The notes beneath the pieces are model-generated. The model saw only the letters and a list, made by a program, of their open reading frames with translations, was not told the DNA's origin and did not search any database. Positions 36,001 through 44,800 of a stretch of DNA of 64,000 nucleotides are shown piece by piece (the stretch's first letter is position 1; each line of letters begins with the position of its first letter). The position numbers and the translations under genes were made by a program. Origin of the DNA: Podarcis cretensis. Taxonomy: Eukaryota. Where the stretch lies: positions 25,110,001 to 25,174,000 of the forward strand of contig OX638160.1 of the NCBI GenBank assembly GCA_951804945.1, given 5' to 3'.

Positions 36001-38421
36001 TGTTGTCATTAAACTACGAGTGCAAAAGCTGCTACCTCTCTACATATTATATAGCTGCTTCCAACATATTAATGTCATTAGTGTTAAGTTCTGTATAGTA
36101 TTGACCCTATCTACCCCAAGCCTTTTGACCTTTAGTTCCTCTTTCTCTTACCAAAAAGAATATATATTTTAGAGATAAGCCAAATATGAATGAGAACTGG
36201 GCCAAAACAAACAAGATGAATTTTAACAGGGAGAAATGTAAAGTATTGCACTTGGGCAAAAAAAAATAAATGAGAGGCACAAATACAAGATGGGTGACAC
36301 CTGGCTTGAGAGCAGTACATGTGAAAAGGATCTAGGAGTCTTGGTTGACCACAAACTTGACATGAGCCAACAGTGTGACGCGGCAGCTAAAAAAGCCAAT
36401 GCAATTCTGGGCTGCATCAATAGGAGTATAGCATCTAGATCAAGGGAAGTAATAGTGCCACTGTATTCTGCTCTGGTCAGACCTCACCTGGAGTACTGTG
36501 TCCAGTTCTGGGCACCACAGTTCAAGAAGGACACTGACAAACTGGAACGTGTCCAGAGGAGGGCAACCAAAATGGTCAAAGGCCTGGAAACGATGCCTTA
36601 TGAGGAACGGCTAAGGGAGCTGGGCATGTTTAGCCTGGAGAAGAGGAGGTTAAGGGGTGATATGATAGCCATGTTCAAATATATAAAAGGATGTCACATA
36701 GAGGAGGGAGAAAGGTTGTTTTCTGCTGCTCCAGAGAAGCGGACACGGAGCAATGGTTCCAAACTACAAGAAAGAAGATTCGACCTAAACATTCGGAAGA
36801 ACTTCCTGACAGTAAGAGCTGTTCAACAGTGGAATTTGCTGCCAAGGAGTGTGGTGGAGTCTCCTTCTTTGGAGGTCTTTAAGCAGAGTCTTGACAACCA
36901 TATGTCAGGAGTGCTCTGATGGTGTTTCCTGCTTGGCAGGGGGTTGGACCCGATGGCCCTTGTGGTCTCTTCCAACTCTATGATTCTATGATTCTATGAA
37001 TGGGTAACAATTCAGAGTGAGTGGCTCATTTTAAACAATTCCTACAATGAAGACACTGTAGGAAAGATTATGAATGTACCATACAGACCATAATATACAA
37101 TGATCCTGTGTATGTGTGTATGTGGGAAAGGGAGCTGGCCATATATATACAGTATACACACTGGTAGGTCACAGATGGCTGTAACTTCCAAGTGCATAGC
37201 CAACCCTATCCATGACAAGTAATTTTAATCAGGTGGTAAGGATTTTATAACCCACAAGACCTTCTACAAAACAGTTTACAACAGCAAATACCATCTGGCA
37301 AACCACTAGAACTGGAAGCCGCACACAGTTAAAAGCCCATTACTTCCCCTTTGGTGGACCTTGGGAACCATAGTTTGTTGAGGATGCTGAGAACTGCACC
37401 TGTGCATGAAGCAAACTGCAGTTCCCAGGATTCTCCCCTCTCCCAGGAAGGGTGTCAGGGCTTTAAATGTATGATGTGTATGCAACCTATCTAAAAATCA
37501 CATCCATCTTATTACAGGAATTCTGAAGCAGTCCCAACAACAAAAAGTTACTGGATAGGCACTCATAGTGGGAGAAGAGGAGATAGAAAGGGCTGAGAGC
37601 TACCAAGTGTAACTAACTTAAAGAAAGAACACATAACTTGTGAATGTACAGTGGTACCTCGGGTTAAGAACTTAATTTGTTCTGGAGGTCCGTTCTTAAC
37701 CTGAAACTGTTCTTAACCTGAAGCACCACTTTAGCTAATGGGGCCTCCTGCTGCCACCACGCGATTTCTGTTCTCATCCTGAAGCAAAGTTCTTAACCCG
37801 AGGTACTATTTCTGGGTTAGCGGAGTCCGTAACCTGAAGCGTTTATAACCTGAAGTGTCTGTAACCCGAGGTGCCACTGTACTTACCTTTGGGCAAATCA
37901 CACTCTGCCAACTTAAGCTACCTCCTAAGATGTGCTGCAGCGATAAAAGGGAGAACCAACCTACACATTTCCCGAGCTCTGGGGCGGATTTTAACCTTAA
38001 TTTTTTAAAAAAATAATCTGGAAAATAAAGAAGTGTGGCGTGGTGGGGTGGGGAAGAGACCCCTTGTCCTCTCTTAAACAGCTTTGAAAGATGGAAATAA
38101 AGGCGATGGAAAGACACATGACGCGCCTTTCCAGAGCTAAGCCCCACCCTGCCTGACATATGGGAAAGGGAACTTGACAAAGGCGAGGCGGGACCCTCGT
38201 GCAGGGAGAAAAGAAAGGCAGGTGGGAGGCGGGTCGACCCCCGAGGGGAGATGGGGAGGGGGTCGCACCCAGGACGGAGGAGGGAAGGAAGGGCTGGCGA
38301 TGGGGCAGGAGGGCGAAGGGGAATCTGTGGGTCGGGCCCAGACTGAGGCGACTGACTGCCCGGGCCTCCTTCCTGACTCACCCACATCCTGGTCGAAGGG
38401 GTTGCTGGTGAAGAGCGGCAT
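9092..38421 (-). CDS. STAM: STAM (signal transducing adaptor molecule 1, ESCRT-0 subunit), complete spliced CDS: complement(join(9092..9335,9649..9824,10368..10521,11437..11491,11726..11813,14085..14173,16173..16267,16859..17051,17336..17426,18995..19141,19984..20079,20174..20249,23155..23239,38382..38421)); 1629 nt, 542 aa
   Basis: Starts [34 protein letters not shown] and ends YSQKALL*. VHS, UIM (EEEDLAKAIELSL), SH3 ([27 protein letters not shown]) and ITAM-like YTKL..YSKL are all present. All introns are GT-AG with consistent phases. Head-to-head with HACD1, as in other amniotes. Confidence 0.97.
9649..9824 (-). CDS. STAM: STAM exon 13 (176 nt)
   Basis: [32 protein letters not shown]...; tttag| and |gtaatt; phase fits both neighbours. 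Confidence 0.92.
10368..10521 (-). CDS. STAM: STAM exon 12 (154 nt, coiled coil/ITAM)
   Basis: [51 protein letters not shown]; ttcag| and |gtatgt. Confidence 0.95.
11437..11491 (-). CDS. STAM: STAM exon 11 (55 nt)
   Basis: (T)[17 protein letters not shown](R); tctag| and |gtaaga. Confidence 0.94.
11726..11813 (-). CDS. STAM: STAM exon 10 (88 nt)
   Basis: [29 protein letters not shown]; tctag| and |gtaagc. Confidence 0.94.
12858..12872 (-). promoter_or_regulatory. Candidate CTCF core motif
   Basis: Minus strand ACCACTAGGTGGCAG matches the CCASYAGRKGGC consensus. Confidence 0.5.
12965..13085 (+). mobile_element. 5S rRNA-derived SINE remnant (SINE3-type)
   Basis: gaaactaagcagatctgggtctggccaatgcctagatgggtgacc resembles the 5S internal control region (GAAGCTAAGCAGGGTCGGGCCTGGTTAGTACTTGGATGGGAGACC); followed by an A-rich tail. 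Confidence 0.55.
13231..13400 (-). mobile_element. Sauria SINE 3' fragment (divergent subfamily)
   Basis: ggtaaaggtaaaggacccctgga...ccagtc...gcgctcatct...; middle differs from the other copies. Confidence 0.8.
14085..14173 (-). CDS. STAM: STAM exon 9 (89 nt)
   Basis: (M)[29 protein letters not shown]; cgcag| and |gtaagt. Confidence 0.93.
14263..14621 (-). mobile_element. Sauria SINE, full length
   Basis: Minus strand begins GGGACGCAGGTGGCGCTGTGGGTTAAACC and ends with (ACCTTT)-type tail; TSD ATTTTGTTTATA at 14251-14262 and 14622-14633. Confidence 0.9.
16173..16267 (-). CDS. STAM: STAM exon 8 (95 nt, SH3)
   Basis: [31 protein letters not shown]; tatag| and |gtgagt. Confidence 0.95.
16310..16440 (+). 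mobile_element. tRNA-derived SINE with CR1-type 3' tail, second copy
   Basis: B box gggttcgagcccc; ttcctgcattgcagg..actagatgatc..ttccaactcta. Confidence 0.65.
16859..17051 (-). CDS. STAM: STAM exon 7 (193 nt, UIM end and SH3 start)
   Basis: (A)[12 protein letters not shown]...[30 protein letters not shown]; tccag| and |gtaaat. Confidence 0.95.
17336..17426 (-). CDS. STAM: STAM exon 6 (91 nt, start of UIM)
   Basis: [30 protein letters not shown]; gtaag| and |gttggt. Confidence 0.93.
18029..18062. repeat. (TAT)n microsatellite, tail of a SINE/L2 remnant
   Basis: Direct reading. Confidence 0.9.
18995..19141 (-). CDS. STAM: STAM exon 5 (147 nt, end of VHS)
   Basis: [49 protein letters not shown]; tacag| and |gtaaag. 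Confidence 0.95.
19984..20079 (-). CDS. STAM: STAM exon 4 (96 nt, VHS)
   Basis: [32 protein letters not shown]; tctag| and |gtattc. Confidence 0.95.
20082..20103. repeat. (AG)11 microsatellite forming the polypyrimidine tract of STAM exon 4
   Basis: Directly abuts the acceptor AG at 20080-20081 on the minus strand. Confidence 0.92.
20174..20249 (-). CDS. STAM: STAM exon 3 (76 nt, VHS)
   Basis: [25 protein letters not shown]; atcag| and |gtacgt. Confidence 0.95.
23155..23239 (-). CDS. STAM: STAM exon 2 (85 nt, VHS)
   Basis: (E)[28 protein letters not shown]; cttag| and |gtaagt. Confidence 0.95.
25362..25587. mobile_element. Tc1/mariner-type MITE
   Basis: TIRs CAGTGGTACCTC../..GAGATACCACTG, TA at the right flank; inverted relative to the 37649 and 60803 copies. 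Confidence 0.85.
26990..27982 (+). CDS. L1 ORF1p (330 aa; coiled coil + RRM + CTD nucleic-acid chaperone)
   Basis: Heptad-rich N-terminal half, then [40 protein letters not shown], typical of L1 ORF1. Confidence 0.92.
   Translation: MSAPTDEIVTRQKAKQAHKKRASISGTAAVQEKTPASMDPMTQALLKINQSLEALTKLSTENSKKLTELTTRLDVNTASVASNTDSINRLIQENSETRKIAESAKITAEETREKFGPIVKKVNEHDAALSLLELQRKEKNLKFRLVPEVEGDNLVKFLTENIITFWREEWEEDEELEIISAFRLGRRQDKKPRDCLITLRSKEERDRILNLHYQKALVIQNCQIQIFKDIPKYILEVRTYYKSLVDLLKKNTIPFRWEFPQGLSFNFNGRKIKIKTIQDKELFLEKYLEDLQKGTVEEREPPDIANLSFGLSLPPSEEEQKLGAVGGTAT
27990..31727 (+). CDS. L1 ORF2p (1245 aa; APE endonuclease + reverse transcriptase + CCHC)
   Basis: SWNCNGL, LQETH, GDMNG, RIDQIW, SDHNA (EN); [39 protein letters not shown] (RT); CWKC-x8-H-x4-C. 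The first ATG is at 27990; the track's 27915 start is a TTG. Confidence 0.96.
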   Translation: MSLQLLSWNCNGLNLPRKRRQVFHILKKEQLDIICLQETHIARIHRKLLINKRLGQEFISSDKVKKRGVVIYAKEKLAPKLIFKDEQGRYLAIEIQIQGEKILIVGVYAPNEGKAEFFRKLHETLVDFLDYKILMMGDMNGVVSTNMDKAQRQVISKEGRLPKIFFEMTETMDLIDIWRIKNPLEREGTFFSEAKMTWTRIDQIWISSSLASRTKKVEICPKTCSDHNAVKMEMKLTTTGSFRWRMNDTLFKDEEIHKKALKTLKDYFEINRKTDVEKRIIWDASKAVMRGFLIQQNSIKRKQQNEKKEKILEKIKEGEKKLRSKPKSHEILREIKFHQMQYMELMNQQIEWKIKQMRQKTFESADKCGKLLSWQLKKKQKMNTVTSLEMDGKIIHKPNEINNCFQSFFKKLYAQGPTNEQEIEEFIRKYGLPKISEQSKRILNEEITEQEIEGAIQNMKLGKSPGPDGLTAKYYKLLKEWLIQPLKEVCNEILKGKKAPESWKEAFISLIPKTETEKNQVKNYRPISLLNVDYKIFADILAKRLKRVLADEIHKDQTGFLPGRHMSDNVRNIIDILELLDVDINRKAVLIFVDAEKAFDNICWTFMKKNLQGMGVGQGFENGIGAIYSQQKAKLIVNNVVTEEIPIEKGTRQGCPISPLLFISVLEVLLNMIRKDQLVKGVQVGVRHYKLRAFADDLVLTLQQPDTSTKRVLELIETFGRVAGFKLNRQKTKVLEKNLTMEERESFQNETGLEITKRVKYLGVNLTSKNVNLFKDNYEKCWSEVKKDLEIWSRLKLSLLGRIATIKMNVLPRMLFLFQTLQIVDKMDCFKKWQKDISKFVWQGKKPRIKFKILTDAKDRGGFALPDLRLYYESAAFCWLKHWLLLENTDILDLEGYDNSFGWHAYLWYDKVKVYKSFKNHIVRKALYNVWSRYKDLWESKTPRWVSPMEAREVKKLNMDSKWPKYHEIIEYDGERVKLQSYEKLKPKVRDWLHYHQINETFKQDRKIGFQKEKSKLETELLEPNTKNLSRMYNLLLKWNTQDETVKSAMIKWAQDIGHDIMFADWEQLWTTGIKFTACNALKENIMKMIYRWYMTPVKLAKIYHLPNNKCWKCNETEGTFYHLWWTCPKVKAFWEMIYNEIKKVLKWTFPKKPEAFLLGMVGQVVLRKDRTFFMYATTAARILLAKYWKTQELPTLEEWQTKVIDFMGLAEMTGRIRDQGKETVEEDWKNFKIYLKNNCKIEEC
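32190..33812 (-). pseudogene. RT and C-terminal part of the RTE-X-like ORF (open frame, no start, endonuclease missing)
   Basis: The track ORF 32190..33665 extends upstream without stops ([30 protein letters not shown]...) up to the 5' truncation point. Confidence 0.85.
36193..36994 (+). mobile_element. Young 5'-truncated CR1 LINE (3' ~800 bp)
   Basis: ORF 36290..36919 ([38 protein letters not shown]); (ATTCTATG)n tail; TATGAATG TSD at 36185-36192 and 36995-37002. Confidence 0.95.
37649..37879. mobile_element. Tc1/mariner-type MITE
   Basis: TA|CAGTGGTACCTCGGGTTA ... TAACCCGAGGTGCCACTG|TA. Confidence 0.9.
38382..38421 (-). CDS. STAM: STAM exon 1 (coding part, 40 nt)
   Basis: [13 protein letters not shown]+G, donor G|gtgagt, inside a CpG island. 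Confidence 0.95.
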
Positions 38422-38446
38422 CTTCCCAGGCGGCGCGGGGGGAGAC

Positions 38447-38473
38447 CGGCGGCGGCGGCGGCGGCGGCGGCGG
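38447..38473. repeat. (CGG)9 trinucleotide repeat in the STAM 5'UTR
   Basis: Direct reading; 25 nt upstream of the ATG. Confidence 0.92.
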
Positions 38474-40268
38474 CTGAGCGAGGCGAGCTTCCCTGCCGCC
38501 CCTCCTGGGCGGAAAACAACAAACAGCCACAGACGCCTCAGCGCAGCGACTGACGGAGCGAGGCCCCGCGGCGGCTTAGGCTCCGCCCCCCACTCCCCCT
38601 CCTCCTCCTCCTCTTCCTCGCGCTCCCTCTGTCCGCTTGGTTCTCCTCAGTCGCCGAGGCTTCCGGGCGCGCGGTGCATGACGGGGAGCGGCGGAGAAAA
38701 AGAGGTGTCCACCGCACTTGCCTGACGGCGAGGCGGGCACGGCGAGGCTTCCCGACGGGAAGCGCCTGGGAAAAAGCGGTCGTTTTTCTCTCCCCCCCCC
38801 CCGCCCCAAGTTTCCCAACCCTGCTTCTGATTGTCAGACAGGGTTGTGTGGATGTGTCAATGGAGTAAAAGGCCCTTCAGGCGCGCTTAGGAAAGCCGCT
38901 TGAGTCCCCCTCCAATGAGATCTCCTGGGTTCTAGGTGTGTAAGGATGCCTGGTCTGCCAAGTGAGGATGCGGAGGCTGGGCGGGGCAAGTGGGACCTGA
39001 ATCAATGCATAGCAAACCTGTATGCACACACGCTCTCTCTCAACAATCGGGAGAAACTATGACATCAGGGACAGCCATCACTCGCAAAGAAAATGGGCTA
39101 AATGAATATATGATATGATATTTCACTATTGGGCAAACTCTGGCTGGGCTAGGCAAGAAGGAGGCATGGAAACTCCATTTCCTGCCTCCGTCCCTGGCAC
39201 AAGCTAGTGGCCAGCAGATTGAAAGCTGCAGCACCTGACATTTCTGGGAGCTGTCCAGCATGCCTGAGCCTCAGGGATATGGCCAGACAGCAGCTTACAT
39301 TGTTGCCCACAGTGCTGCTGGATCATGGACCAAGGAATGGGTGAGAGACACTGTAGCCTTGCTGTTATAGGATATTGAGAGGGAGGGCATAACTCTCGCA
39401 TGGAGGTCACAGCTGACTTGGGTTCAGCTTACTCAGGACAGGACAGGTATTTCCTTCTCCCTCTTTCTCTTTACTTTAGCAGTGGGTACTGTGGCAAATT
39501 GTCACACTCACTCTTCCGGCTTTGGCGTAGTTAGGGATCCTATACTCTCATAATTAAGGTGTGTGCTGAATGATTTGCTGTCTGCCCTTCTTATTGGGCA
39601 TAATCTTAAGGGCAGAAACACATGTTCAATGAGACAGAAGAGTGCCAATTTCATTTTTCAGCTAGGATGTCCTAATGTTCACTCCTAGAAATACTATAGG
39701 AAAGAAACTTTAGGATGAGCCAGAAACAAAAATTCATGAATCTGTTTTATATTAGAATTGCTTTGCACATTAAAAAAGAATATTTGACACATGTTCAGTC
39801 TCTCTGGGTGCCCAGCTGTGTTCCCTTATCTTAATTCAGGTGGTCTGCAGCATGCTGATATTATATTAATTTATAAATGGATTTGTATTCCTTTTTTATT
39901 TCTCATATTGCATTTTATTGTATTACAATTTGAATTCTAATCTAAACCTAAGACAATAAAATGTAAGAAATAGAAGAAGCAACAAAAATACAGATAAAAA
40001 TCATACAGCACCTAGCCCAGCACATTACAATTGCAGAAGAACCAGTGAGTGGTCTGCCAAGACCATCAAGCAATTTTCAAGAGGTCCATGGGGGGCAATG
40101 GTTTGGCAATCATTGCATTAGGAACAAAAGAAGGGTCCTGCTGGTCCGACCAAAGGCATGTCCTATATGTTGCATTCTCACAGTGGCCAACCATATATGC
40201 ATGTGAAAAACCTTGATATTTCATATGGGTTAGTAATTTATAAATATTGTGTGTTTGGGAGATTCCAT

Positions 40269-40660
40269 TGTTGAAGGAGCCAGGCACGTTTCTTAGTGAG
40301 TTAATCACCCTAAGTAGTGGTCCTTAGTATAAGAAAGGAAGTTGCTTTCTACTGGGTGGCCAATGGGTTGCTGGTAGTGAGAAGGACAAAAGCCAGAGTT
40401 GAGTTCAGTGAGAAAGCTGGGCTATAGACAGGCAGAAACCAGAGAGTGAGAGCCATGCCTGATTTCTGCTTGAATCCAAAGCTGTGACTATGGGAGAAGC
40501 AAGACCTTCTGGGATGTTAATGCTGTGAACCATCGCAAGTTGTATACATGTGTAAATAAACCATATACCTGATACATGTGTAAATAAACCATATACCCTA
40601 AAGACAACACAGTCTCTACTGTCCCTCACTGCAAGGAAGCCAAACGCTGGGCGTGCAACA
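40269..40660 (+). mobile_element. Probable solo LTR upstream of HACD1
   Basis: TGTTG...CAACA termini, CCAAT at ~40360, AATAAA followed by a short U5-like segment; TSD not clean (CCAT vs ATAT). Confidence 0.5.
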
Positions 40661-40739
40661 ATATGTTTTATTTTAAAAAATAATTAAAAATAAAATAAAT
40701 GCATATTTCCACCACACTTGTCAGGGAAGATGGTCCAAG

Positions 40740-41850
40740 GGGATGGTCCTGTTCGAGTGAAAGAGCAACGTGGCGCGGGAAGGGTGCGGACGAGTCCCAG
40801 CTTGAGAGGCGAGTCTCGTCATCCTGGCGCACAGAGGCGGCCGGGTCTCTGGTATCCTCCGGAACCCCTGCGCGGCCGGGAGGGGGCCGGGCGAAGCCTC
40901 CGAGCAGCTGTCCAAGCAGCAGCTGCCGCCGGGCTCAGCGAAGACGGATGGGGCGAGCGCCAGAGCCAGCTGCCTGCCGGCCTGCCTGCCTGCCTGCCTG
41001 CGCGCCCGACTCCGCCTCCGCCTCGCCTCCGCCTCCTCCGGCCGCCCCCCACGTGCGTCCGTCTGTCTCCGCCTGGCCTCCGGGGAGGGAAAGCATGGCG
41101 TCTAGCGAAGAGGACGGCGGAGCCGGCAACGGCTCGCTGGAGGAGAAGGAGAGCGGCAAGGCGGCCGCCCCTCGGCGCCGCGGCTCCGTCACCACCGCCT
41201 GGCTCATCTTCTACAACATCACCATGACGGCGGGGTGAGTGAGGGAGGGAGGGAGAGCGCGCGCCCGGCGGCGGAGCTGGCCGAGCGGCGGGGCCGGGGC
41301 TGTGTCGCCGGCTGCTCTCTCGCCCACTCGCCCGGGGAGGAGAGAGGGGCAGCCGGGGAGCCCTCGGACCAGGGGGGCGGCGGGCGGCGCAGAAGGGCGG
41401 CGGCCGCGGGGGCGAAGCTCGGGCTTGCCTGCATTTCCTAATACGGTGCAGCCTTCCAGCAAGGCGAGCACGTCATGCCTCTAACCCGCCGCAGAGGTTA
41501 AGTATAGCCCCAGCCCGGAATGCCGGGCGGGGGTGCACTGGGGCGGCGGCGGCGGCGGCGGCTGCATGGGGCAGACTGCTTCCCTCGGCATAATTTACGG
41601 CGGCTGCCGCGCAAGACGCATCCCCGCTCGGCCACTGGCGGCCGCTTGCTTCCCCTGGCGAGCGAGCGAGCGAGCCGCGCTCCCCTCCCACTCCCGCAGG
41701 AGCGCAGACTGCTGCCCTCCGGAGAACGTGCCAGAAGCTGAGCGGGGACAGACTGCGGGTTACGCCACAAGCCAACCCTCAGCCACCCTCCAGAACAGAA
41801 GAGCCTTGTGCCACCTTGAAGTGTGCTGCCCAGCTTTCGACGTGGACTCA
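40740..41850 (+). promoter_or_regulatory. CpG island / HACD1 promoter, exon 1 and start of intron 1
   Basis: Very GC- and CpG-rich; separated from the STAM island by ~1.9 kb of AT-rich DNA; edges approximate. Confidence 0.85.
41095..41234 (+). CDS. HACD1: HACD1 exon 1 (coding part from MASSEED; possible extension to 40948)
   Basis: Strong Kozak aagcATGg; donor GG|gtgagt. Confidence 0.9.
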
Positions 41851-44800
41851 AATCAAAGAGCAGAGAGGCGGCAAAGCTCTCTTGTTCTATGGGCAGCTTC
41901 TTCCCGAGCCAACTAGACGTGGCTGCTGCACTAAGGATTTTGTTGCACCCCCTCCCCCCATGCTGGCCGTGTTAAATGTAAAGATATACATTAACACCGT
42001 TGTGGTATAGTGGTTAAGGATTGGGACCTTGGAGAGCCAGGTTCAACCACCAAGCAGCGCACTGGGCGACCCTGAGTCCCTGTCCCTCAGTCTAACCTAA
42101 CCTGCCTCACAAGGTTGTTGCGGCCATAAAATGGGAAGGGTGATCTCCTGGGAAGGAAAAGAGGGGTATAAATAAGTGGAATAATAAATGCATGGCTGGT
42201 CTGGCACTTCCACAAGCCGTGCATATGCTAAACGTGTCTTGCATGAGACACCAACACAGGGGTTCACAGTATGCATTTTTTTTCCTACTTTAAAGTGCTC
42301 TTCATATACTGTAGGAAATGTGGCATGAAATTATTGAAAGTGTGGTTTTTCAGTATGTGTGTATTGAGAGGAGTTTCAAAGGATCTGAGTGAATAGGCAT
42401 TAAAATTGCAAATGTTGTTGTTTAGTCGTTTAGTCGTGTCCGACTCTTCGTGACCCCATGGACCAGAGCACACCAGGCACTCCTGTCTTCCACTGCCTCC
42501 CGCAGTTTGATCAGGCTCATGTTTGTAGCTTCGAGAACACTGTCCAACCATCTCATCCTCTGTCGTCCCCTTCTCCTTGTGCCCTCCATCTTTCCCAACA
42601 TCAGGGTCTTTTCCAGGGAGTCTTCTCTTCTCATGAGGTGGGCAAAGTATTGGAGCCTCAACTTCACGATCTGTCCTTCCAGTGAGCACTAAGGGCTGAT
42701 TTCCTTCAGAATGGATACGTTTGATCTTTTTGCAGTCCATGGGACTCTCAAAATTGCACAAATTTGGACAAAATTGCAAATGTCCAAACAAATTTGGACA
42801 AAATTGCAAATGTGGCTTAATGTAAGTAAATGTAAAGTGATGCACGTAGGGACAAAAATAAACAAATACGTACTTTGCATCATAATGGATTCTGAACTGG
42901 TGGTGACTAACCACCAGAAAAAAGAACTTGGGGTGGAGGGTTCTTAGCAAATAGTGTGATGAAAATGTCAGCCCTTTGCAGCTGTGAATAAGGTGAATTA
43001 TGTGTTGCAGATCATTAGGAAAGCAATTGATAGGGGCAGTAGGAAACTACCAATAACATAATACTGTTATACAAATCTGTGGTGCAACTACACATGAAAT
43101 ACTTTATGCAGTTCTAATCCCTGCACCTCAGAAACAATAGAGTTCAACTGGGGAAGGTACGGAAAAAGGTAACCAAAATGACTAATGACCTTTGGGGCTT
43201 TTTAAGTTTAAGGGGAAAACAGTGAGTGAATGAAAGGCTTGATAGAGGTGTTTAAAATTATGCATGGTATGGGGTAAACTAGACATAGTTTTTCTCTCAC
43301 TTTCCCATTGGGTCATCCAATGAATCCGAATATTGGAATATTCAGGATAGACAAAAGGAAGTAAAATACCTAGTTAAACTATGGAATTCACTGACTGAGG
43401 GTGTAGTGATGGCCACCAACTTAGGTGGCTTTAAAAGGGATTAGACAAATTCATGAGTGATAAGGCTATCACTGACAACTAGTCATGATGGCTAAGGACC
43501 AACGTCAGTATCCAAGGTAGTATGCCTCTGAAAACCAGTTGCCAATGGTCACAAGTGGGAGAGGGCTCTTGTGCTCATGTCCTACTTCTTGGCTTCCTGT
43601 AGGCATCTGATTGTCCACTGTGAGACCAGAATGCTGGATGAGTCTCTCTCTGGGCTCTTCTTTCGTTCTTTTGTAACCAGGAGGACTTAAGGGAACATGC
43701 TGGTGCCTTTCGCCTAGCACATCTTCAGTGTCTGTAGGAGCTGGTCCATCTGTGCTATGTCAGCTAGTAAGCAACAGCATTCTCAGAAGCGCCTCCCACA
43801 TGCAGATCACAAGACCAAGAGGGCTGTGTATGTGAAATTTCAGCCTGAAGAGGAACTACAGGAGCTGCAGAATCCAGGGTAGTTGGTATAGAAGTGCCAT
43901 AGACATTCATCATTATGGAACAAGGCGTCTTGTATTTGCTTTTTGTTTTGATCATGGACCTTCTGAATGCACACCACAGTCCTGATAAACAACAGCTGCC
44001 TTAGCAGGATGGAACTTGAAATCCTATTGCACGCTTATCATAGGAAAGTTGAATTGGAAGAGTGGCTCTTTGTGTTGGATTGGCCATGGGAATTTGAGCA
44101 AACCCTGGCCTCAACATCTTGTATTCCAGAACTAGAGTAAAAAGCCCTGGTTGGACTTTGGACTGGGGTTGAGACCATGGTTTCTAGATGTTTCGCAAGG
44201 AAACCTACATGTGGAATGAATGCCTTTTTTAAATGGTTGCAAATACGATAGCACTTTTTGGGTGTCCAGATGAGCACGTGTAGGTCTAAAGGATGGGGAG
44301 TTATACTCACAAGCCTCACCGCTCAATGTCCACACATGTTCTAGCTCTGCTTTCAGTATGTGAAGGTCTGAAGGGGGATTTCAGATGCTTTGGGTTGAAG
44401 GTGCTTAGAATCCTCATTGGGATCAGGAATTCTGCATAGTCAGGCTTCCCCATTCAAGGGTGGGTTCTAACCATATTCAGCAAAGCACAGGTCAGGAGAG
44501 GTGTGGCCAGGGCTGGTACGTACATAGATGTCCAGCGCAGACCCAGTACAACCTCCTACATGTCTGAGCTCTCACACATTCCTTTGAACACCTAAGGGGT
44601 CTTATATCAGTTATGGAAGGAATTTCTAATTAAAATATATATTATTACATTTATATCCCACCTTTCATTCAGTAGTGCAAAGCAACATAAATTATTCAAC
44701 AAACCTGTGAGATAGGTGAGCCTAGGGCTTTTTTCCCAGGAGGAACTACAGGAACTCAGTTCCGGCACCTCTCAGGTGGGCGCCATTGCCATTCTAAGAG

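Larger units (their letters stand above)
38100..38900 (-). promoter_or_regulatory. CpG island / STAM promoter and 5'UTR
   Basis: Very GC- and CpG-rich around exon 1; GC box (ctccgcccc, ~38581) and ETS-like ccggaag on the minus strand (~38660); edges approximate. Confidence 0.85.

Noticed and set aside
37806-38903. Long overlapping ORFs (up to 238 aa) around STAM exon 1
   Set aside because: Stop-poor CpG-island sequence with mostly non-ATG starts. Only 38382-38421 matches STAM.
40699-42010. Stacked ORFs on both strands around HACD1 exon 1, including the ATG at 40699
   Set aside because: GC-rich artefacts. 40699 lies outside the CpG island and probably upstream of the TSS.
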